A stretch of 64,000 bases of DNA from Chrysomallon squamiferum (lineage: Eukaryota; Animalia; Mollusca). A model generated the notes under the pieces. The model saw only the letters and a list, made by a program, of their open reading frames with translations, had not been told where the DNA came from and made no database searches. The position numbers were made by a program, and so were the translations under genes. The stretch spans positions 5,704,001 through 5,768,000 of the forward strand of contig CM022679.1 of NCBI GenBank assembly GCA_012295275.1, in the 5' to 3' direction. Below, one piece after another: positions 1-13,700 of the stretch (position 1 is the stretch's first letter; every line of letters starts with the position of its first letter).

Positions 1-96
1 ATCCCCAATTTATAATAAGAACAAGAAGAAAAAGAACAACAATAACAAAAAAAATACATAATATTAAAAGACTAAGAAAAACCCACAGAAACTCAC

Positions 97-3000
97 TCTT
101 TTTTACTAGGTTTTGTAAGTTTATAACCTAGAGATATAAAGTCTGCTGCTTTCCCAGTTCCCTCTATGACAACAACAGGTGTATGTTGGAGGACAGATTC
201 ACGTACGGTTGCCATGGTATTTACACCACCCTCCACCACCAAAATCACATTAGGAACATGCACACCTGGAGTAATAAAAGTAATGATATAATAACAATAA
301 TATAATAAAGTTCTGTTACAGTAAGTGATTTCAAATATTTTTCTATCTGTAGTTTTACAAATAATTTTATGTAATCTGACAATTTCTCTACAGGGTTACA
401 ACTGTTTGTTTTGTTGTGTATATTTAATGAATATTAATTTGACTGAAAGCAACATATTGTGTTTAATCCACGTTTTAATATGTCATAATGATTGTTCAGC
501 ATATAAAATTCTATTTATACTAAGACACTTGCTGTAATAACATTCATACAAAACTTTTTTATATTTAGAGGTTATGAAAATCAAATTCAATTTTATATAT
601 ACAAACATACAGACAGACATACATATATAAATTACACACACACATACATATAAATAGTGCCCTCAAATTTATTTTAATCAATGAGTTTGGTTTAAAAAAA
701 AAATCAAATAAAAATAAATTTTGACATCTCATTCCCAGATAAGAATACACACAAATAAATACACACACACACACAAACACAGTTACATCATTTTGTACAT
801 TCATATTCACCTTCTCTCTGAAACTGTCATTTATTTTTTAAATTAATAAACATTTATAAAATTCTACTGTGCTTACTTTGATTCTGAGAAAGGCCTGTTT
901 CCACCTTTCTTGATATATAACTTTCAAGAGCTGTTCTGAATTTTATTTCCCCTCCATAAATATTTTCTGTTCCATTGTCAACAAGTATGAAGTGGGAATG
1001 ATTGTGATCTAATGGGGCACCTTTAGCATCCATCTGGATATCTTCAATGGCATATGTTGCAGGAAAGAGTCCTTCATCCTGATATATTATTATATTTTAT
1101 TCAAATCATAAAATAAAAACAAAGTGTACAAAGAGAAAGATAAAAACAGAGAGAAAGAGAGTGACAATATTTTCTTAAAAATATAAAACATATCTTAAAA
1201 CTTTTACCACATACATTAACAAACAATATTTGTGAATAAGTGATAATTCAGTTCAGCATATATTTTTTATTCTAAATCCAAATTTAAAAATATCCATTAA
1301 CATACATCTTTTTTAAACAGGGCATACAAAAATCTAAATCCAGTAAACTTGAATCAACTTATAAAATTACAACTGTTAACTCTTTGAACTTTTTGTCCTA
1401 AATTTCCAGTCTAGCCAAGAAGTATATATGTATTATATTCCTTGTGATATTTTTCTCTTGCCAGTTTATATTCAACTAATGTTATATATAAAAATGTCAA
1501 AGATCACAAAGGTAAATATATTGTGTGACTAGTCCACATATACCAAATCTTCCATATGTGCCTACCACTGAACACTTCAGTCTGATTTCACAGCTTTTGT
1601 TTTAATTTTAAAATTATCAGAGTCCAAAGATTTAATAATTCAACAATTTCATAAACAGTACATAACAAATACATAAAAAGTGACATCTCAAATATATTAA
1701 GTTTGTTGATTTATATTTTTTATGATAATTATTTATTATAGTTATGTCAGTTAGGGATCAACAGTTTACCAGTGTATATCTAATTATGCAGTACATATAT
1801 AAACAATTCAAACTCACCCCTTCTCCATCTAAAGCAAATCTGTTGGAAACTATTCCCCATGTCGCAATACCTAGGGCCACAATTTTCTCATCTTGGATGC
1901 CATGAGCCATTGTATATTCATGTACAGCTTCTCCAACAATCTGCATAATTCCTGTTCCTGTGCCTCCAGTAATAATCCAAGCTCCTACAAAATATAATTA
2001 AAATTAAAATAAGATAAAACAAAATAAACAAACAACAAATATAAAAAGACAAATTTAGTCCACAACTAAATTATAAATAACAGAATATATATTTTTCTAT
2101 ATATTTAAACCCATATAAAAAGAAAAAAATTCATAAATAAAATAAAATACTTAAAGAGACAGAAAACACTGATTCAAATTGTTTTTCACTTTCTTAAACA
2201 CAACCTAAATACCTGACTGCTAATTTAATCCATTCATGCTGTCACTACAAAGGTAAAAATGTTTAAAATTAAAATAAAGCTAGATACTGACATTAATATA
2301 TTTATATTGTCACAACAAAGGTAAAAATCTTCAAAGTAAAACTAAAACTGTTTAAAATTTGTATCTACGTATACCTACCAGTGCTAGTGGCAGCATGGCA
2401 CAGCCCTTGTTTTAGAATGCTCTTAAGTCGTGGCTTCATATCAAAATATTTGGCACCACCAGTAACTGAGATGAGAAGTTTTGGAATAGGGAGATGCCAG
2501 TATTTTGTCAAGATTTTCCAAACATTCTCTAGATCAGTAATACTGTCCAGTCTTACATACTGTAATAAATTGTAATTCAAAACAGTTATACAAATAATAA
2601 CAGTAGTAGCAGTAGTAAAAGTATTGATCAGAATAATAATAATTAATACGTGACATCGGAAAACCTGTCAGACACTGTGTAATGTCAAAATCAGAAAAAA
2701 CAAAAAAAAGGTCCAAAATTGATTTCTTTAAAAAAAATTGGAATATTTAATGTTCCAACTATTTTTTTATAAAGAGGATTTTCTTTTCTTTTTTTAAATG
2801 GATATTATAATTAATGCTGATAAAATGTGTTTTAAGCACCCCATATTAACAGCAGGTTAAATCTGTCATAATTTTCAGTGGTTTGGCCTTCAAAGCTTAG
2901 GAATATAGATATATCAATGCACATCCACAATATACTAATTAGTCATTATAATAATCACAATGTAACTATATGTAATTACTAATAATTGTAATAGTCATAA

Positions 3001-5339
3001 TAAGAATAAGAATTAGAATTACCTTCTAATCATTTTCTTAGGAAGTGTTACCCATGAAATTTGAATTTGTTTTTTTCAGTGGTTGTGCAGTACATACTTT
3101 CATGAATATATTTGTCCAACCATTAACACACACAAAATTATTTTTCTGTTTTATATTTGTGTACAATTTTGAAATCAGCAAACAAAATTGATTAAATATT
3201 ATAATAAATAAATATTATATTCATGAATACATTATTACTTTTTTGCTTTTCTTATTCCTAGTAAAATTCAAATTTAGGAAACAAAACTGATTAAGAAATG
3301 CTTACAGGAGAATTTTGTGTGTCATGACCAAAACCCCTGAAATAGATCTCTCCAAATGAATCACATGGCATTGTCTCTGTGTGTGTTTTAGGGTGCCAGA
3401 AATCATGTTCGGTATCTGGTTTACAGGATAATCCTTTGTCCACATGCCACTGAATCTCACGTCCACACTGACAAGCACTACTTTAAATAGAAATTATTAC
3501 AAAATAAGATTAACAATTGTTTTGATTAAATAATTTAAAAAAAATAACTAATAAAGTTTTTGAAAAATCAGAATAAACCTATATACCCTTACTAATAAAT
3601 GAATAAATATTAAAGTAGTAAAATAATATTATTTAAAATACAAATGGAATTATTCAATCAAGCAAAAGGTATTTAGAAAAAAGAATAAAACAATATACCA
3701 TTAATAATAATAATAAATAAAAAAAATTCAAAAAATTACAATAATAAAGTTTTTGAAAAATCAGAATAAAACAATATACCATTAATAATAATAAATAAAA
3801 ATAAATAAATAAATATTAAAGTAGTAAAATAATATTAATTTAAAATAGAAATGGAATTATTCAATCATGCAAAAGTTATTTAGAAAAAAATAGTAAGAAG
3901 CAGTCAACTGTCAATGAGAAAAGATTAATGTAAAAATGAATCTAACACTATCCACATTAAACAAACAGAATTATTCAAAAGAAACATTTAAAAAAATATA
4001 TAAACAAATCATATGATGATGATCTTAAAAGTATTTGCTTTACCTCCTTGATTTACCATTTCTGGCATATTTGTTGCATTCTCTTTGAACAACGTTTGTT
4101 GTAATAAAGTTAGCAATCTTTCCCTTAAAAAGTCAAACAGATAATAATTATTACAAATACACACAGACCAACAGACTGACAAAAACACACATACATTCAC
4201 ATTCACACACACACACACACAAAATACCATATATAAAATATAGATTAATAAATGTGTTAGATTCCATGTATACATATATGCATGAATACATACACACACA
4301 CAAGAACATAGAAAATTTATTTAAATTTATATAATGCACACAAAATTTACACTCTTCATACTTCAGTAACAATGTTTTCAAAAATTGTATAAATTTAATT
4401 ACTGAAAAATACTCTTACTTGATCTAGTCTCTTCGTTGATGGTAAATCTTTACTAGGCATCTGGACAGTCTGGATTCTTTTCAGTTTCTTGCTTAAAGCT
4501 GTTTTGAAGCTCTCTCCAAAGCTTTGTTCAGCTTCATTGTCTGAATGCTGCACTGTGTAAGTACCAGTACTGTTTATTGACTGTGCATCAGATCCTTTAC
4601 GACTGTCTGCCTTGTACACAGGATTTTCTACACCTTTCTCTACAGTATATGTACCTGTACTAGCAAGTGACTCACTAGCTGGTTGTGATTTCTTATTCTT
4701 CAGTTTTCTTACATTAGTTATAATGGGTTCCATTATTTGACTTTTCTCTTCTCTCTCTTCACCCTGCTGGAGATTCTCTCCTCTCAAAAGATCCTTGGTT
4801 GATCGTCTTTTGTGTTTTTTCCGTTTTGGAATTTTTGATAATTTATGTTTATCAGGTGGCTGATAATCACCTCTAAATGGATCAGATGCATCCATGTTTT
4901 TAAGCATTTCATCATAAGTGTTATGTCTTTCATATCTAGGGGCACGAGGTGGAGTAGGAGGAACAACAGTTATAGTTTCATGTGGTTGGTCATGCATTGT
5001 GTTACTGGAAATACCTGTAGGAGTCATCTCAAACAGCTGCTGAGATGGAATTTCTTCTCTTGCCCTGGGGTTTCTTTCTGTCTCTTTTGGGTAAGATGCT
5101 GCTTGATGTTTTTCTTCTAATCTTGAAGATCTGCTGTCCTCTGACATGTCCAAAGTCCACTGATTCATTCTGTGACTGGGTGATGCCGATTTTGGAGATG
5201 TCACAGGGGACATAACTGGTGACTTGGTTGGAGATTCCACTTGGACAAGGTTGGTGTCACCAAAATGTCGATGATGTGGAGGTTTCGATTTTCCAGGCTG
5301 GATGTCATCAATTACAAACTCGTGACTTTGTCTGCTCAT
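97..5339 (-). CDS. TRPM-family cation channel (TRPM2-like), 5' part: N-terminal extension plus MHR1/2 (SLOG) domain; continues beyond the left window edge
   Basis: Seven phase-consistent GT-AG exons read by hand: 5339-4419, 4123-4044, 3480-3306, 2559-2379, 1984-1818, 1078-877, 265-97. Translation gives TRPM hallmarks: QREC, CQCGR, HT..MPCDSFGEIYF, YVRL..WHLPIPKLLISVTGGAK, GAWIITGG, ALGIATWG, LDHNHSHFILVDNGT, VVEGG, PVVVIEGTGKAAD. Confidence 0.93.
3545..3890. repeat. Local imperfect tandem duplication (~190 bp) in a TRPM intron
   Basis: 'ataaagtttttgaaaaatcagaataaa...tattaaagtagtaaaataatatta...aaatggaattattcaatca.gcaaaag.tatttagaaaaaa' occurs twice (from ~3551 and ~3743). Confidence 0.75.
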
Positions 5340-5899
5340 TTTTATTTTGGGAATCTCTAAACTGATGTGATTAAGAAACTAAGGAATCTTGCAGTATACA
5401 TCAAATTGATCTTCACTGAAATAATAATGGCACACATTATCCTAATGCTACCACTAATAAAAAATAATAATTAAAAATATTTAAAAATTCCAAGTGTAAC
5501 AATTTTTAAATCTGTATTCAAATTAAAAATACAAAGGAAAAATAAAGGTATATTACTATTATTTAATTTTGAATTTAAATATTTTATGTCAGCACAAAAT
5601 TACTGGATAAATAAAAACTATTGTTGTTGTAAATGCCAAAATCAAAACAGTAAAACGAAAACATAACATTAAAACAAGTGCCACTTCAGATAATTTGAGT
5701 AGTTGAAATGATTATCATTATGATTAACGAGCACCTGCTTGTGCGAAAATATTATGAAAATAAAACATATACTTAAATGGACACAATACCATTTTTGTCA
5801 ATTTTTTATAATTATTTTCCGTAACAAATTCAAATAAAGGTTTCCAACAACGAAAATTTTGTGATGGCTTTCTAACAAAGTTCGTTTATCGTCTGTTTA

Positions 5900-6193
5900 C
5901 TACCGCCATTTTGTATCCCTGCAAGATAACTTCCGTTATTGAAAACACATAATTATCCCCGTTTGACTAAATACAACCTATGTAAATAACAACGGGAACA
6001 CATTGTCAAGGCAGCATTGATAATATTTATGACTATCGATAATGTAACTGTTTTTGCATGAAAAAGTTTATGTGTTTCAAAATAATCTATAGGTGATTCA
6101 ACAACATCAACCACCAGAAACACAAAAAATATACAAACAAAAAATATTAAGAGAAATATAAGAGAAATCCTTGTTCAAATGTTACATATCTGT

Positions 6194-6242
<49 letters not shown>

Positions 6243-6610
6243 ACATACAGAAATTAATTACAACATAAAAACTAAATCGTAATATTAATATAAGCTGTAC
6301 TGTTTTAACATTAACTTAGGATAAGAGTCGTATATATATAAAAAAGAAAGAAAGAAAGAAAAGAAAAGAAAAACGAAAATTAAAAAAAAAAAAAAAAAAA
6401 AAAGATTTCTGAAAATATAGACATCATTTATCAAATTTATGCTTCTGTGTTTATCTCACAAAAAGAATGGGTATGTGTGAATATGATTAATGATCTTAAT
6501 ATAAATAAGCGGTGGAGTGAACGTACAGAGCTGGAGCGTTTTAAGGAGGAATGTACCAACGCTATAACAAAACTATTTTTAGTAAAATTGGCTCGAGAAA
6601 GTCACATGAT
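5900..6610. promoter_or_regulatory. Shared (bidirectional) promoter region between TRPM and alpha-mannosidase
   Basis: The two genes are head-to-head and the region is locally CpG-richer. Motifs: YY1-type CAAAATGGCGG on the - strand (5903-5913), ETS-type ACTTCCG (5929-5935), DRE TATCGATA (6034-6041), E-box GTCACATGA (6601-6609). Confidence 0.55.
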
Positions 6611-6640
6611 TTGTTTATAACTTCTGCAACAATCTGCAGA

Positions 6641-7765
6641 ATGAGCATTAATATTTTGATTTTATGTTTTGTTTGCATTTTTGGAAGTATATGTTGTTTA
6701 CCAGAGCATTATACCGGGAACCATTTTAGCAAAGCATCATGTGGTTATGAGGTTAGTTAATCATTTAATGATGCAGCAAGTTCTTCGTTTGAAGTGACAC
6801 ATTGTCACACAGTGAAGATTCAGTGAATAAGTGTTCTGGTTATAATTCGCTAGACAATTAATTTGCTACGTTGTACTTAGCTTTAACTTCCTTATTTTAG
6901 CCTTAGACTTAAACTTGCCATAATGAACTATTCGTATTAAGTTATTAATACTGTGCTGCGGATATGGGTGGTTGTGTCTATGTTTGTATCGATCTATCTA
7001 TTTTAGTATTTACCTGTCTTTATAAACAAACACACATTTTACATATTTTTAAATTAAAATATTTGCCGCTTTTTAAATGATTAAATATTACTTCTGCGTA
7101 GATTTTAGTGATGACTGTAACTTGTTTTGAATAGATATAATCTATATCAATGCATAAATGATTAAAAGATTCAAAAGAATTAAAACATTCTCAGATTCTG
7201 GAAAAAAAGAAAAAGAAAAGACAACTTTCATAAACTGAAACATTTTTTTATAATATTTATCCCCCAGAGTAATAAATTAAAAAATATATAATATTGAATA
7301 TTTATAATATATAAATGCTTCCCAACTCCATAAAAAAAAAAGAGTAAATAAATAAAAATAAGATGCTATAAATAGTATATGGTTAGTTTCATAAAACAGC
7401 TCTTGTTTATATTTGCCTCTGTTTTTCTTCTTCTTCTCACTTTCATTTTTATCTTCTTTTTTTCTTAATTTTAATTTTAATTTTATATATAAATATTAGT
7501 AGCCTAATTTTAAAATGTTCAGTCTATGACAAGTCCCTATTAATTTTAAATTCTGGCCACAATTTAAAGAAATAGATGAGTGACTAGAACCACTTTGTTG
7601 TGTATGTGTTAAATGCAGTCATAAGTTCTGCCCTATCTGAACAAAGGTACATACACAAAAATTCTTAAATCTAATAAATAAAAATGACCCACTGCAGCTG
7701 ATTTTCTTTTTCACTTTATTGTACAAAAATCATGTTTCACAACAAATAATCATTACCAAAAACAA

Positions 7766-7796
<31 letters not shown>

Positions 7797-10700
7797 GCAT
7801 TGCTAATAAAATATAAAAAATAATAATAACAAAAATTAAAGAAATTGCCGTATATTGTTAAAACATTTATTTTTTCAGTATTTATTTTGTCTACATTTTC
7901 AGAGCTGCAATCCTGTCAAGGATGGGATGATTAATGTTCATCTAGTTCCTCACACTCATGATGATGTTGGGTGGCTGGTTACTGTTGATCAGTACTACTA
8001 CAAAGGTATAAATCTGATATATAAAAAATTAGTCTTTGACTATTTTACAAATTATTATTTGATATTTTATAAATCAGTTTTTGATATTTTATTAATTTGT
8101 CTGTGATATTTTACAAATTATTCTTTGATATTTTATAAATTATAAATGATATAAATGTCATGATGGTTTTCTGATAGTTGTCAGATTTCCAGCTGTTGTC
8201 AGTGCCTTTAAAACGAAAAGGTAATAATAAAAATACTAAAAACAAAATTCTGTGCTATTGTTGCTTAAATTTCAGCATTGTTTATGATTAGAATTATTTT
8301 CAGGTAATTTTATAAAAAGGCACTTATGTGACCTTCTTTTATTTAAATTACATACAGTTATGTGATAAATATTAATAATTAATAAAAATTTGATTAAATA
8401 TTTTGATTAATTCTATCATTAAGGTACTCTTATTATATTGAGTATTTTTATATTGGTTAAATATTGTTTCGTTGTAATTAGTTAATACATTTTTAAATTG
8501 CTCACTGTAGAAAGTTTTGCTTGACTGTAATTAAATAAATTCAATTTTTTTTAATTGATTACTACAGAAAGTACTTTTTGGTACCAGAAAGTATTTAAAT
8601 TAAATAAATAAAAATAGTTTTTAAGAGATTATTTTAGAAACTATTGTTTGTTATAATTAAATAAAATATTTCTAAATTGATTACTATACAAAGTATTTTT
8701 GGTTGTAACTAATTAAATAAATTAAAATATTCTAAAATTGACTACGTATAAGTATTGCTTGGTTGCAGTTAAACAGAATTAAATTCAAAACCCCATGTTT
8801 ACATTTTAAAATAAAAAGATAAAAATAATTCGATTTTTCAAATTATTTTTTCACACAGAGGTTCAGTACATCTTAGACTCTGTGATACCTGAGCTTGAAA
8901 GAGATCCTTCAAAGCGGTTTATCTATGTGGAAATGGCTTTCTTTGCCCGATGGTTCAGAGAACAACTTGATCCTATGCGGCATGCAGTTCATCGACTTGT
9001 TAATCAAGGTTAGGAGGAATTGTTGAGAATCACATGCTACATATGTGAATTTCATAATAAGTATTTTTATTCCAAGAATTGAGCAGTGAACATGTATTGA
9101 ATTATCTGACATGGTTAGTTTATCATTTTTTTACTTCCACTTATTATTATTTTCAATGAAAAAAAATATGTTTAACCATCACTTTCATTCAGAGCATATA
9201 ATGTACCAAGTCATTATTTTAACTTGAATATTGTCAGGTCGATTGGAGTTTATACTTGGTGGTTGGTGTATGAATGATGAGGCTGCAACACACTACAATG
9301 CCATCATAGACCAGCATACACTTGGCTTTCAGTTTCTGCGCACAAACTTCGGAGAATGTGCACGACCAAGAATAGCCTGGCAGATAGATCCATTCGGCCA
9401 CTCTAGGGAACAGGCCTCCATCTTTGCTCGGGTTTGTTTGCCTTTTGTTTTGTCTTTCTTTTTGCCTTTTGAACATACTTATTTTTGGAGAATATTACTG
9501 AATGGTAATGCAAATGGTTGCCTTTTTCTACACTAGAAATAGTATTATCTACAGCTCAGTCTTTCATGCTTTATTATCAGCAACAGTTGGTGTGCTGATC
9601 TGTTTAGTCTGTTTGTATACCATGACAGTGTGTATGAAGTCTTATTGTATTTAAGACCTTGATCTAAATAATGATCATTTATCATCTTGTCCTGCTGCTT
9701 TTGGATGACCTTGATTGTTATGACTATTATCACGTTTGTGAAATTATCATAATGTATTCATGTGCCTTATGTCCACATATCACTGTGTTATCAGCAGTCT
9801 GGAGTTTAGCATGGAGATGGTCTGTTAATATCTGTAACCCTGGTGATGATGCTGATGATTGCAATGATGAGAATAGTGAATTATATTTATAATTGATTTT
9901 TAGATCACATTATTTATTTAGTAATAAACAAATAGTTAGATAAAGACAATAAAGTGTGTGTGTGTGTGTGTGTGTTCTGTATCAAGAAGAGGAAAGACAT
10001 TTACAAGAAATATAAAAATTAAAATCATATTAAACTAGTTTAAAAAAAAAAAAATGAGAACATCATAGATGTAACCTCACATAAGCAACTAAACTAAATA
10101 TTAATAACATGTTACGTATTTCGGTATTTTCTTTTTCTGAATATAGAGAAGCAATAAAAATTATTAAAAAAAGAAAAAATCTAACTTGTGAAACAAAACA
10201 TAACTAAATCTACATCTAAACAAGAACACATAGATGAAATCTCACATAACAAACTAAAATGAGTATTAATAATATGTAATTTTTTATTTATTTTATATAT
10301 TTTTAAATATCTTAGTTTGGATTTGATGCCCTGTTTTTTGGTCGCCTTGACTACCAGGACAAAACTAAGAGACTGAACACAAAAACTATGGAAATGGTGT
10401 GGCATGGAAGTCCAGTAAATCTTGGTATGTATCTTATATTTGACAGACACATCAAACAGTAGAATATATGTGCTGTGGTTTTGACAAAGAACTTAGATGA
10501 AAAAAACAACACAAAAACCCAAACAAAAATAATAATCATTCAACCTTTATCAATAATAAAATATATTGTTATTATAATATAAAGTCATATTTTATTACTG
10601 ATAAAGATCAAATCTTGATAAACAAATGAATCAAGAAGACAGAAATAGAAAAAATCTATATAAACTATTTGTTTTCCATCATCACTGTTAAAACTATAAT

Positions 10701-13700
10701 ATAATAAATTTATTTTTTGTTTTTTATTTTTCACTTTGTATTTTAATAATAACAATTATTTGAAAATAGATATGCATTCATTTGGTTACCACCAAGATGT
10801 TTTTTCTGTAAACTTATCCTTTATAACTTCTTCATCAAAGCCCACAGTATATGTTTCCATTGTCTAGGGGAAGGTGCATTCAAAAGATCCATTAATGCTA
10901 ATTTAACTAGGAATAACCCATTGTATAACAGCCATGTGTTTTTTTTCCTGTTATTATCTGTATATTCCTTAAAACTATATATACCAAATAATCATAAAAT
11001 AAAAAGTGACAATGTACCTTTATTAAATAAAACACTTTTCCATTTCTTTTAATATAGAAATTTAATATTAGAAGATCTGATAAAAAAAGAAGTAAATGTG
11101 CAGTACCTACCTATAACCATGTGACATTGATTATAATTACAGGTGCAAAGGCTGACTTGTTCACTGGAGTGAACTACAATGGTTATGGACCTCCTAGTGG
11201 TTTTTGTTATGACATATTTTGTAAAGACCCTCAGATTAAGGTATAATAATTTTATTGTTTTTGTTTTGTTTTTTGTCATATGAAAAAAATATGCCCTTTA
11301 TTAATATATTTAAATACACATTTCTTTTGTATGAATGTGAAAGTGTTTGTGGTTTTGACATTTTTTTTTTATTTGAAAAAAAAAAATTCTTCATAAACTT
11401 AAAGTATATAATATCGGTTCTAATTTTACCAACATAAAATGTAATTTTGTACAAGATTGATCTTCTGTTTTGAAAGTACATAATCATGAACTCATGGTTT
11501 ATTTTAGTAACTGTAAAAATATGTGGTATAATTCCTGCATGAATTTCTAAACAGTTAACTTTTAACCTAGTTAATTTTTTTTAAATTTAGGATGATGAGC
11601 GACTTCATGACTACAATGTGAATGAAACAGTTAATAACTTCCTAAAAGCTGTCAAAGATCAGGTATAAATTGTAGTAAAAAGTTTTTTTTTGTACAAAAT
11701 GGATTTTTTAAAAGTTTTTTTATATCTTAATCTGTATTACTGAATGAATGTTATTTAAGGACACATTGAATTTAGTAAGTTAAAAAGTAATGATAAATAT
11801 ATATTTCTAATAAAAATGGTGATAAATGTTTGCATTGCTAGATGTAATGTGAATGGTTTAATAAGAAGTCAGAGTAAGACTAAGAATTTTTGTTAAATTC
11901 CAGAATGACTTATTTGTGGATAAAGAAATGAATAAATATAGAAATGATTATAAAACTACTAATAATTCTTACAAATTAATATATACTAAAATTCCTTAAT
12001 ATACCTTGTTTACTATGGCTAAAGGAAAGAATTTAAATATTTAGGATAATAAAAAATACTGTCTTTTAAATTTATTGTTTGAGCTTGCATAATTGCCTTA
12101 TAATATTTTAAAAAGTCATCACCACATGTAAATGTATAATATGTAGTTCATTTACATAAATTCAGTATGCATTGCCATATTTAAACTTATAGAATTATAT
12201 ATACAAATCCACAGTACAATTCCCACGTAAATTTAGTGTGCATTGCCACATTTAAAATTTTTTATATATCATTCTATAATGTATGTAAGTAATGTTTTTT
12301 ATATCCTTAATATAAATTTAACACATACAGTTTTTTCCAGGCCTCCCATTTTGCTACAAATCCACATCATGATGACAATGGGTTCAGATTTTCAGTATCA
12401 AAATGCTCACAATTGGTTTAAAAATCTCGATAAACTCATAGAGTACGTCAACAGACTGGTAAGTTTTTTACATTTTAGACTGAACAACACACCAAAATAT
12501 GCTTTTTTTGACATTCAAACATTTAAAATTTAAAAAAAGAAAGATTTACATACATCTTTTGAAATATATTTATTTAAATCAGATTAACTAATTGTTTTGA
12601 GTTGACAAATTTGTATTGAAAATATCTTTATATGAAGGAACTTTTTTTAATCCAAAATTATTAATATTATTATTATTAAAAGTAGCAAAACAAATTAATA
12701 GAGAAGGAATAAAAATGTAATGATAATGTTGCACAAAAGGATTGATTACTAATATCATTTTATGAAGGCATTTGTAAGAGATCTTTTAATGCTAAAGGAA
12801 ATATATTATGTATGTCAGAAATACCAAAAGTTTAATCATTGTCCTAGTGTGGTCACCAAATACAGCTGTTAATTTTAATAAAACATAAATAAAATAATAT
12901 AGTCTAATTCCAAAAATAATAATAAGGATTAAGAATGTGAAATAAGTAAAAGAATCAACTGTGCTTTAAATTACAATTGTGTTTTTGTTTTCTCTAGCAA
13001 TCTCAAGGCAGTAATGTTAATCTTCTATATTCCACCCCATCTTGCTATGCATACCACCTAAACTTAGCCAATCTCACGTGGACTACAAAAACAGATGACT
13101 TCATGCCATACGGCATGTTCCCACACGGACTTCTTACAGGATTTTATACCAGTCGCCCAACTCTGAAGTATTTTAATCGCAGAACCAACAACTTTTTACA
13201 GGTACAGACACCAAATTTCATTTTTCAATTTTCTTTACATTTTTAACTTTTTTCTTCTTTTGCTTCATTGTCTCAGCAATCAAAAGGCAGCAAAGTGAAC
13301 CTGCTTTATTCCACACCTTCCTGCTACTTGTACCAGTTGAACAGAGCCAACAAGACATGGACAACAAAAACTGATGATTTTTTTCCATATGCACATCGTC
13401 CTTACAGCTTCTGGACTGGTTATTTTGTAAGCAGGGCAGCACTAAAATTTTACGATCGAAGAACAAACAACTTTTTGCAGGTACACAACCAAATCAGAAT
13501 GATCAAATTTTAACATATCCTGGATATAAATAGTTTCATAATGCAGCATAAACACATTTATCAAACTTTAAGTTATCCTAGATGCAGATAGGTAATTTTA
13601 ATATACAGTATCGACAAACATTAAAGAAACATAAATCACAGGTATTGCTGAGCTTTTGTTGAAGTCTCAGACAAGCTCATTCTTTGATGTTAAATCAGAA

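Noticed and set aside
4009-4299. ORF-track frame over TRPM exon 2
   Set aside because: Splice phase requires a different frame (GKIANFITTNVVQRECNKY), which gives the TRPM-type REC motif.
8203-8220. 18-nt micro-exon filling the missing mannosidase segment
   Set aside because: It is flanked by AG/GT and preserves frame, but the peptide (VPLKRK) does not resemble the missing KNDIQHAG-type segment.
12355-12368. Programmed ribosomal frameshift in the mannosidase
   Set aside because: No recognisable slippery site or stimulatory structure; an error or null allele is simpler.
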